Shown in pieces: positions 12,291 to 24,300 of a DNA stretch of 64,000 bases. Below the pieces are notes generated by a model. The model was given only the letters and a program-made list of their open reading frames with translations. It ran no database searches and was not told the origin of the DNA. Position 1 is the first letter of the stretch, and each line of letters begins with the position of its first letter. The stretch covers positions 11,470,001 through 11,534,000 of the forward strand of contig NC_045138.2 of assembly GCF_008831285.2 (NCBI RefSeq). The letters are read 5' to 3'. The DNA is from Nymphaea colorata (lineage: Eukaryota). The position numbers and the translations under genes are program-made.

Positions 12291-15200
12291 GTAGTCCAAC
12301 TTCATCTAGTAATTTTGGCGTTGTTTCTTTCCTTTGTGTTATTTCACTTGCCTTTTTGCTAGATTGGATGGATTTTCTAAGTTCACATTTTCTTGAATTC
12401 ATTTTAATTTGCTGGTTTTGTTTGTTTGTTTTGTTTTTTTTTTTTTTCTACTCTTCTAGTTATCTTTGTTGGGGTTGGGGCGGGGATTCTGGTGAGCGTG
12501 AGAGGAACCTATTTTACGATTGTTAGTCTGCTTACATAGCCTGGACGAGCTCATTTTGAACAAGACTTGATTTCTGAGTTAAATTTGTTTTTTATTTTCT
12601 AAAGGGAGCACGTCGCGAGAGGGCTAGTGTTGGATGATGTGTGGTTTCTCTTGCTTTTCTATATTCCATGGTTTCACTGTAACCAACGCACTACAAAAAA
12701 TTTGAGCACTAATTTTAATCTGCGCTAGAAGTAGCAACGTTATGATACTGATCTGGTGGTTGTCGTGAAGATAATTCCCTAATGTGGTGTCTTCTTCCCG
12801 TTTTTCCTGTTAATATTTTACTTATGCAATTCATCAAACAAAAGGCGATCAAGTGTTCCTTTCTTGCAGCAACTCATACCCATGCAGGTATATTTCTTGC
12901 CTGCTTCTATTTGCATGCGTCTATGGCTTGCACTTCTATTATCCACAAGTGAAGCTGACATAGATCGTAGATGTTTGCAGCTCTCCAATTTTTCTCCAGT
13001 TCCCAGTATATGGGTCTTGTTCCGTCAAAGTAGCATTAAAGTTGTAGCTTATGGATTTGATGAGTCGATGATTTCATTTTACTGTTATTCCTGCCAGGAA
13101 TTTCTCCTCAATAACTATGACCTTGTCATAGTTTTGTTTTATGTGGGAAACATGTATCAACCATGTGCCTATCTTTGCCAATATGGGTGTGGCTTAAGGT
13201 TTGACTCCTGAAATGCGTTGGTTCATTCCTTGATTATTGCCACGCATGCCAATATTCTAGGATGCAATTGTTTTTCTTGTTGTCAAACTTAAACATTTGT
13301 GTAACTAAAATATTGAAACTTAGACAAAGTTATCGAAGCAATCAAATTGGTATGTCAAAAGGTGTGTTGAATACATTTTCTAATGCTTTTTTTTTTAATT
13401 AGTTTTATTGGGTTTGAACTTTTCCTGAATTAGATTCAGTTATGTCCAGACATATTAGGAAATTGTCTTTCTTAATCACGATTCCTGCCAGCTGTAGAAC
13501 ACAATAATTCTAAAAAGTGCCTGAGTATATTGAAATATTTAGTTATTTTTGAATATTGTTGAGGTAATGATTGTAATGTCAGGCTGCCTTTCTGTAGTTG
13601 AGCAGAGGACCAAGATTAACACTAGAAGAGATGTACGTAACATAGCAATTGTTGCTCATGTTGATCATGGGAAGACAACTTTAGTGGATGCAATGCTGAG
13701 GCAAGCTAAGGTAATCAATTAGCATTAAGTTTATGGCTGAGGTTTCGACCAACAAGATGGAGCAAACTTATGCATTTCCTTAATATTTGTTTTATTTAGT
13801 CATAGCCACCAGTTTACTTGACCAAGAATGCATAGTTGTTAAAGAAACTGCATCATCAAGTTCTATACATTATAGTGGTTTAATTTTTTACCTCATCTCT
13901 TTTTCTCTCTCTCAGATATCACACACATTTCTAAAATACTAAACATCATTAACTTCTAAACACCCATCCGAAGCCTTGAAACATCGTTGAAAACTGCAAT
14001 TTACAAGAACACTTGTGGCACAGTTTGATGTTTCTTGAAGAGTAAGGGCCAAAAAGAAAAGCAAAATCTTGTTATTATCTGACTTGTGCTTACCCCCTCA
14101 GAGATAAGCTCTAGATACTCATTATATTCTCTGATTACCATCACTGTCCTTCAATGAAGCATTGGGTTATTCACAGAAACAAGCAAAAAAAATGTTCTAA
14201 GAAACACACTGCAAATAGAACATGGAGCATTTTTTACAAAAGGGGTTGTGATGATTTTAAAATATTAATCTTCTTAGAGAATGCTTGCTGGCTTAAAAAC
14301 ATTATAGACTTTGGTGATAATTTCCTGTTATGTCAGTTTATCTCTCGGTCATGGTCATGGTGCAGGTTTTCCGTGACAATCAAGTTGTGAAAGAACGGAT
14401 AATGGACTCAAATGATCTGGAAAGAGAAAGAGGAATAACAATACTTAGCAAAAACACATCAATCTTTTACAAGGATACAAAGATCAATATTATTGATACT
14501 CCAGGGCATTCCGATTTTGGTGGAGAAGTTGAGCGTGTCCTTAATATGGTGGAAGGAGTACTTTTGGTGGTATAATGCTTCAACCTTTCTTTCTCAGTTT
14601 TCTTTTTTTCACTCACAAAATTGTACCATCAATGAATACTTGCAGAATTATTCTTGTTATGTGTTTGAAAACTGCTTTTACCACGATGGCAGCATCAATT
14701 ATCTTTCTAGGACAATCCTCTCTCCAATGATACTCATTGACATATTAGGGCTGCAGAAGACCCAAAGGCCCTTACTAAAGGACGAGCAATGTAGGTCCAA
14801 GTAAGATCCAGACCTGGAATCATATGACTTTAAAATAACAAGCCTTAACAGATACCAGTTAGATCCATAGTGGCCACTGCCTATCAGAGACCAAGGCACT
14901 TTATTTGTTTTTGCAGAGTCAGGGTTGGAACTTGTCCAGCTCCTATTGTAGCTTCTGCACTGGTCTATGTCACATGGGTGTGTAGCATTTTAAAAAATAC
15001 ATGGGTGCAGATGCATCAAGGATTAACCCAAAAAAAAAAAAAAATTATAGGTCAAGTCAGATTCAGACCTGGAAGTGTATGACTTTCAAATAACATGCCT
15101 TAACAGATATCAGTTGGATCCATAGTGGGCACTGCTTATCAGACACGAAGGCACTTTATTTGTTTCTGCTCGGTCAGGGGTTGGAACTTGTCCAGCTATG

Positions 15201-15310
15201 TAGCTTCTGCACTGGCCTGTGTCACACAGGTGTGGGGTGCAGCAATTTTCAAAAATACATGGGTGTGCAGCAAGGATTAGCAAAAAAGGTATAGCTGCCG
15301 GTAGTGTACA

Positions 15311-15351
<41 letters not shown>

Positions 15352-18300
15352 CTACGAACAATAAAATTATTAATTAGCAATCAAAAAGCTATGTTTTCCA
15401 TCCATGATTTAGCAAAAAAGGAGGCAAATTGTCCCTTGCAGCACCCAAGCCACATCTGCACCTGAGTTGGAAACTTGCAAACTGCTCTTTTGAAGAGCCC
15501 ATGTTACTTAGGTGCTGGTTCTGAGACATGCTTATGAGAGGGCACTATTATGACACACAGCGTTATATGAACTGTAATTGCAGCATGTTCTTGGATAGAT
15601 CAATTCGCACTGTGCAGTCTTACATATTTGCATATCTTTTATATTAGGAACCTTAGTTCATTATTCAGGAAAGTACTCTTTCACTTCTACCTGCTGACTT
15701 ATGCAATTTAAAGAGGTTCCCAGAGGAAGCACTTGACAATTGACATTGTATAATTGACAGCATAAATGATTGCAGCAGCCATAGTTTACTATGAAGGATT
15801 ATTATGTTATTTGTTAAGATCTTTGCATGATTCTGCATCATACTTTTGATTAAAAATCTGATGACAGGCTTAGTCCCTTTCTTTTGAGAAATTGTCTTGA
15901 GATGAGGTAGGCAGCAGCACATCTAATTGAAGTATTTAGGATTGTAATTGGCAGGGTGTATCTTTTTTTCTTGCATTTTGTTTTTCTTTTTTTTTTGGTT
16001 TTTTGTTTTATTTTGTTTTTTTTTTCTTTTTGAAAAAACCATGCTTATCTATTTTATCTTGCTTTGCATGTGAAAGGTGGATTCAGTGGAAGGTCCTATG
16101 CCACAAACACGATTTGTATTGAAAAAGGCTCTTGAGTTTGGACATGCAGTGGTAGTGGTGGTGAATAAGATTGACAGGCCTTCAGCACGTCCTGATTTTG
16201 TGGTTAATTCAACCTTTGAACTTTTCATCGAGCTAAATGCAACGGATGAGCAAGTATAATTACTACTACATTTTTGTTTAATTGGTTTCAAAGATACACA
16301 CAGACAAACTGTAGCGTGCATTTAAGTGCAATCGTTAGCATGGACTTGACTTGGTATTCATTGAATGGTTTGTGCAGTGTGATTTTCAAGTGATATATGC
16401 AAGTGCTATTAAAGGAATGGCTGGACTAGCACCTGATGGTCTTGCAGATGATCTTGGTCCACTTTTTGAAGCTATTGTTAGATGCATTCCAGAGCCAGTG
16501 ATAGACAAAGATGGTGCACTGCAGATGCTTGTTCGTGAATACTTTTCTTATAGCAATGAATTAGTGCATTTTGTTTACAGCTTGCAGCTTCCATCTTCAA
16601 ATTATCTTTTTCTTGTGACTTAAATTCGATTGAAAGCTAGCTTATTTTATCTGTGAACAGAAAGATGTCACTTTTGGTCTAGGGCACCTCATAGAGATCT
16701 ACTTTATTGCAGGTATCAAATATTGAATATGATGAGCATAAAGGACGTATTGCAATAGGACGTTTGCAAGCTGGAATGCTGGAAAAAGGAGCAGAAGTAA
16801 AGGCAAGTTGTTTCTTTCAGTGACCCAGGGAAAACATTTTCTTGCATAAAGTGCTGATTTATGGTTATCGTAGACATCGCTTGCTTTATCAAGAGGCATC
16901 TTTGCTTGCAGTTTTATCTTCTCTCCATTTACATTCCAGAATCATTTGCTTTATACTAACCACATGTTTGTGCAGTTTCTGATAAGAAACATAATATATC
17001 CTGCAAGAGCATAACATTGAGTTAAATTCTTGTTTAGGGCTAGGCTGGCAACTCTAGGAGAAGATTATTGAGTTCAATATCTTACCATCTATTTCACATG
17101 GATTTTCTATTTGGGTGTCACATGTTTTTGACATTGCTGGACACTTGAGCGACTGCAGACGCAAAGAATCTGATCTAAAAATTCCAATAATGGTGTTAAA
17201 TTTATTCTTTATTATTTGTGAAATTTTTGAATTTCAGAAAATTTTGATTTTAATTTGATTATATATCCCAAATGTATCTAGTGACATTATCCACAAATAT
17301 TACATAATAAGAAAAACCTTTCAATATTAAGGAAATGGGCTTCAAACATTCTAATGGATTAATTAAAATGTTCCGATGGTGAAAAGTTCTCTTTTTCTAA
17401 ATGAAATGATTTCATCTTTTCTCAAAAATGCAATTATTACATTCCTTTTTCTCATTGCATAATCCTTTTAAAAAGGATATGTAAGATAGCTTTCTAAAAC
17501 TATAACGGCACAATTTTTGTGCCAAATGTAAGTGTTATTATCTCTGGCAACAAAAAGAATATTTAGGAAGCTGTAAAAATTTATAAACTAAAGTTTCAAC
17601 AAATTCTTGAATTGAAAAAAGTATTCTGTTATTAATCTGTCTCCTTGGTGTATATTCATAATTCTAGCTTGAAGATTAAAATTATATCTCTGATACTATG
17701 GATTTCTTTAAGACAACCTCAAACTTTGTGAGTTAACTTGTACTTTCCAAAGTTTTCACTTTGCACTAATAGTCAAGTTGACTCTATTTAAAAGATAAGG
17801 CATGACTTTGCAATGTTTGGTTCTCCATGCTTTCTATTTTTCCGTATAATCGTTCATTATTTTTCCTTCTTATTTCCAACATGCTTTTCCACCAATGTGA
17901 TGCTCCATAGTAAATGACCAAATATACATAATGGCACGAGAGGTCAGTTGCTAGTTATTTTCTGTTATAATGAAAAAGAAAACAAAGAAATACTTGAGAT
18001 AGAGAAAACACTTTTCTTCCAACTAATATTCAAAAGAAATCGCAAATAATCAGCACTTACAGCTTCAAGATAGCGCATGAATACTCATGTAGCATACTTT
18101 ACGAAGCACAATTAAGCAACCTACATGGTGGTGGCTTTGCTACCAGTGGTGGTGTTTTGTAAGAATGAACTTTTAAATGCTATTTCAATAGTGAAAACAC
18201 TTCAAAATTCAGCCAACACATAATGTAAACCGAACTCCCAATGATATGGTGAGTATGGTTTTAATCCACAGGGAGTGGGTGATCCAAATCTAATATCTTA

Positions 18301-21300
18301 AAAGTGCAGTTAAGTTACTGCCTCCAAAATGAATTACACTATCTTAAGAATTACAATCGAACAAACTATCCCAAAACACTAAAACTGAACGAGCTTGTTT
18401 AATTACTCAATTGTTAGGTGATCATCTGAAATTGATATTAAATTCATACCCCAGCATGTGTCCCCCAGATTATTAGCAACTCAGTAAAACCTTAAGCATG
18501 CCAATAGTATACAAAACCAGAATATAATGAGTTAAGCATTGGATATGAATCTTATTTATGAGGAGGAATCTAATGCAGAGTATGATGAAATGAAAATACC
18601 TGTTCAGCAGCTAAGATCCATGTGAACTAAACATGTGGGACATGCATCGGTCTATCATGGGAAAAAGAGAACAAATAAATGGCAAACATGTTCACTCATT
18701 ACGAGTTCCTGATTACCCGCAATGCAGATGGCAAAACAAAATAACTAAGCCATGTGCAGAGAGTCTAACAATGAGCCTAACATACCAAAATTGTTCTAAC
18801 GAGGGATCGTAAAAATGTTGGTCCAAAGTATGTGGTTTCGCTTGTAAGAAGATCTTGATCTCCTTTGGGTATCAATTAAACATGATTCAATTAATCAGGA
18901 GAACTTGGTGCACACGAGTCGACGACAGCATTCCATGAATCATTTAATAGCCATGAAATGGCTAAGCATGTTATCGCACAAAACCTAAAAGTAGAGACCT
19001 ATCATGCAGACTTTAACACATTGGGTAGGTCCACAGACCAATCCAGGGCGGTAAAAAATGATTGCATGATTTAGGCCAAGGGTAAAATGAGGAACAAGAA
19101 CTAGAAGGTTCGGAGGCTTACTTTAACCAGGTTGCTTAGTTTTGCATTTCAAAGGAGGCTTACTTAGATTTGAAAATTGGATTTGGATTTAAAAGTAGCA
19201 TTGCTTAGATTTGGAAATTGGTTTTGGATTTAAAAGTAGGTTCACTTAGATTTGGAAATTGGATTTAGATTTAAAAATTGATTTGCTTATATTTTGAAAA
19301 TTGGATTTGGATTTAAAATTGGTTTTAATGGATTCGGATACTGGGCCTTGATTTTGAGAACTGATCAAACTAGATTTGGACTTCAGACCTAAAATTTGAT
19401 TTGATTTAGACTTGGATGTGATTTGAAAGTAATTTGATTGGGTTGGGATTTGAAAATGGAGTTTATCTTCATTTTGGATAATGATTTGGTTGGATCTTAG
19501 AATCAGTTTGTTGGGACTCAGATATTCGATTGGTCCAAGCAGGGTGCAACAATATACCTGGACCATGTAAGAGGCCAGGGCTTTAATGGAATTACTGTGA
19601 GGAGGGTCGTGCTGGGTCTGAAATTTTATAAATGGGACTCTGAAGGTGCTTTGAGAAAATTCTGGGTGCCTATACCAGTCCAAACTTTTATGATAGAGTC
19701 GTTACTTAGCCCCACATTTTTATGTGTTTTGGTTTTTTTTGGTGGAGAAACCAGTTCACAAAAATTGCAAATAAAAGAACAGCCCAGTATTCATAAAGTA
19801 GACTGAAACAATAGATAAGACTAGCTGATGCCTGTGACAATTATGGAAGTGTAAAGGGAATCTGCCTAAGAGAAAAATATGAAGAATTGACAAAAGATCA
19901 GAACATACTGGCTGCAATTGATGTTGTGTCCGGCAACAAAATAGAAGGAGTGCAGATGTGACTGGTAACAATAGAAACAGAAAAGGGAGAAGGATTAAGC
20001 AGCATATAGAGGAGATAAATAGAAGAAATCAAACCACTAGGAACAGAATGGAGTAAGCAGAGGTAATAGAAGTAATGAACAAGTGAAAGACTCAAAACAG
20101 AAAAAAATGTCAGATTTAGAGTTAAGTCTGTTGCAGATAAATCACGTGCAGCAAGGTTGGATAGAACAAGAGAACATGCACAGGGAATAGAAATATGGAG
20201 ACTTGGAGACAAGAAATAGCAGATTAGAAAGAAATGGAAGAGAGAATTGAAAACCCAGAAATCTTTGATGTAAGGTGGAAAAGAGTTCTCCCAGGTCGCA
20301 CCTTCAGAAGAAAACTGTCCCTGACCTGTTGCTTTGATACCGTCACAGAAAACAGGTCTTGATGTCCAAAGGTTCAACTGTGAGTAAGAGGAGACAAGCA
20401 GGAACGAGGTTCTTTCACAACATTGGCAGCCTCAAGTGGTTAGTCGCGCCCTAACTTGGATTAATTATACAACTGAATTCAACATGACAAGATAACAACA
20501 ACACAAGTAATAATAATTACAGCACTGCCACCGACTACACAATGTATAATGCATGGGCTTTGGATTGCAATCTGATTGGGTTCAAAACCATAGTTATTTA
20601 AGCATATCCTTCAATAAAAACGAGTGAGAGGAAAGTGAGGGAGGTGGATGTCATGACTCGCCATCATCGTTTTTTGGTTGCAATCTCCTAAAGCAGACAA
20701 AGGTGAGAAGGCCACAGGTGCTTTCTGGTGAGGTATTCTTGTTTTCCAAAATATGGTAAAGGAGTGTAGGTATGGTTAACAGCACGTGATCGCATTGACT
20801 GAGTCGAGTTCTGCACCTGAGCTGAATCTGCAGCTGCAATTGCATCAAAGTCGTGTTGACGTGGGTGACGGACCTGTTTTGATATGTCATTGTCACATAA
20901 CTTCTACTGTAGATTGATCTATTATTTCTACCAATGACTACATTACTCATGGCACATAAGAAGCGCCATTATAGAAGAAGACCACAATCGTACACAAACT
21001 AAACACAGTATGGGATGACCATGTATAAATCAATAATAGATCTTAATGAATGACATGGTTTATTGCCTGTTTTACTTTTGTTAGGTTTGTAAGAGAGACA
21101 AGCTTTCAAATTTATGAATCAGTTGGCATTTATTTGTCTTAAATGTCTGTTACGTGTTTCTTCCTTTACCTAATGCCCGAAGCCAAGGTTGCTGATTCAA
21201 GGTTTTGCTTGTTCTATCTCACATGGAAGTTTCATTTATGAGCAGTGACATTCCCATTTTGCTTCTTTTCCTTGACTTTATAAGTAGCTTATTCAAAGAT

Positions 21301-24300
21301 TAACTTTGGTCTTGTAGGTCTGCACCCCGGATGAATCATGTAGATCAGCAAAAATTAGTGAGTTATTTGTGTTCCAGAACTTCTCGAGGACAGCAGTTGA
21401 CTATGTTGATGCTGGAGATATTTGTGCTGTCTGTGGGATTGATGATATTCTTGTAAGCATGTCAAGCTGCTTGTACTAAAGCTGTAAACCTATGGCTTCT
21501 ATACATCTTTTCATGAGGTCAATCTTTCCAAGGCATTCTGAGGACTAATATTAACCACAATTGTTCTTTGTCCTTCTGAAGATTGGTGAAACTATAGCTG
21601 ATAAAAGCAGGGGAAAGGCATTGCCGACCATAAAAATTGAAGAGCCAACTGTGAAGATGGCATTCTCAGTCAATATTTCACCCTTCGTTGGTCGTGAGGT
21701 AGTTTCTTTTGTTTTTATGCTTCAATGGTGCAATTATCAAAGCTGCATAAATATATTGTTGGATTAATGTACTGCACAAACATATTTGCAGTGCCTAGTC
21801 ATTCTTACCAGCCTAAGCATTTGCTAGGCAGTAGGGATCTGGGTAACCTAAGGACTTGGGCAGGCTATGAAGGATTTTCACAATCAGCACAGTTCCTTGA
21901 TATATCTGAGCGCATAACTTTTGAGTCTGGCTCATGTCATTGTTCCATATGGTGTAGGGTTTATTGGATATTGTGGTGAGCATCTTTGTGCATTTTAAGA
22001 TGGAGAATGGAACATGTCTGCCTTTTTCATCACTAACTAGTGTGATATAAACCTAGCTTGGAAAATGTTCTTTCTCAGTATAGTAAAAGATGTATTTTCT
22101 TATCCCTAAACGTGAATAGGCATGGAGGATTTTCACAATCAGCACAGTTCCTTGATATATCTGAGCGCATAACTTTTGAGTCTGGCTCATGTCATTGTTC
22201 CATATGGTGTAGGGTTTATTGGATATTGTGGTGAGCATCTTTGTGCATTTTAAGATGGAGAATGGAACATGTCTGCCTTTTTCATCACTAACTAGTGTGA
22301 TATAAACCTAGCTTGGAAAATGTTCTTTCTCAGTATAGTAAAAGATGTATTTTCTTATCCCTAAACGTGAATAGGCATGTCCTTGTCACAGTATAACTCT
22401 AATATGGAGGTACGAAGGCTACTACTTAGCATTATTACATCAGCCATATGTTAATTTTGAAGCTTTTATTAAGACATTGAGGCATGTGGATGGCTTCTCC
22501 TAGGTTATGAATAGGGCCTCCTTACTGGACATTGATTGAATAAACTTTGGGCTGATATCTTTAGGCATACGGTCAACTGTAGCATGGTTGGAACTTGAAA
22601 CTCTATTTTGGAGCATTTCCAGCTGACAGAGTTGTCCAAGTCTTCAAGAAAATAGCTGCATAATCTTGTTGATGATTAGCAGGAAAAAGTTGAACCTGAT
22701 TCCATGGTCAATTTCTACTGCAGAACCTGCTGTTGTTGCCTTTGTATAAGTAAGACAAATTATTTTGTGGACTCAATAGAACATTTGACCAGGCTCTTCA
22801 TACCTGAGTTGTTATTCTCAACTAGTTCTGCGTCTAGTTGGAACTTGAGCATAGGATTATAACTTTGGGTTTGTGCTTGTATGTAGTGACAATACATCAA
22901 AATACTTGGCTCTTCGAGTTTGCTAACTGGAATGAGTACAATATGAACCCTTACTAAGGATCCATTGGAGGGCAAGTCTGGTGCAAGCAGCAATGGTATT
23001 CCCAATTCCAATAGCATATACTTAAGTTGGTTTAGTTAAAAAGCCTATGGTTGGATTTTGGATTGGGTCAACTGGTCCACCTCTGTGTAAAATTGTAAAT
23101 TAATCAGCTAGTTATCTTTGAGTTTATGAGAAATCCCTTCAACAGCATATCTCCTTCCTGAAACTCAGTTTCCCTTCGTGCAGAGAAAATGAAAGAAATA
23201 TGTCGTCTCACTGGACCTTTACTAGACAAATTTAGCTAATAATTTTGTCAAGTGTGTCTTCATTTTCTCTGGCATAACAAATCAGATGAAAAGGTAAGCT
23301 ATACCGCTGCCAAACACATTCATAAAACTAATTTTGCTATCTGTTAAAAGATATTGTATTGATTTCATTCACACTTATTTTACTCTAAATATATTTCTTA
23401 ATATCTTACCTGATACTATTGTGGAGGCTTATTACTGGGTTTTTCATACGCCATGTAGCCACTTATGCCCAAAGTATTGGCTGATTTTGACTTTATTTTC
23501 TGCATTGTCCTCACATGAATGTATCTTCAGGATATGGATGTAGTAGATGGCAGCTTGGGAACTGAAACCCTTTTTTGAGCTGCTCTCTTTCTTGCTTTTT
23601 TGTATGGGTAGATTAACCATTCATATGCAATCAGTGTTAGCGTATGGGGATCGGGTCTGTTCAGACCCGATCCATTCTCTTTATATCCACACGCCTAAGG
23701 ATACTAGGCGGTGGCTCTCTTGTAATATTTTATATTTTTCTGTACAAATTTGTTGTAACCTATTTAGGGTTATTGATTAATTAAAAGATTAAGGAACGCA
23801 GGGCTGTGTTAAGCCGGCTGCTCCCTTTCCTCCATCGCCTTCTTTCATCCTCTCTCTTTTCAATATATCTGATGCAAAACGGAGAGACGAGTTCTTTGTG
23901 AAGATTCTTACATGGTATCAGAGTCAGGTTGCATCGTCCTCCGGTGAGTTATTTCAGTTTGATGTGATTAGCCCTAATCTGCCCTAAATTCTTTCTTTTC
24001 TGGTGTGGTTATCCCTCTTTTCAGTTTCTGCCCTAAATCTTGCGTGATTTGCCCTAATCAATTTGTCCTAATCGATTTTCCCTAATTGTTTTGCCCTAAT
24101 TTCTTATCGTTTTGCCCTAATTTCTGTCGCTGCCCTAAATCTTGCTCTTGTGGTCTGCCCTAATCATCTTTATTCAATTATGGATCAGCCAACTCCCTCT
24201 CTTCTATCTTCCAGCTTTCTCTCCCAACTTATTTCTCAAAAGCTGAATCATAGTAGCTATTTGACTTGGAAACGTCAAATTGTCCCTTTTATTAAAAGTC

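Noticed and set aside
19160..19500. Regularly spaced GGATTT/AGATTT repeats (also 56740-56940) considered as a CRISPR-like array
   Set aside because: They are degenerate low-complexity repeats with no constant repeat/unique spacer structure, no cas genes, and a eukaryotic context.
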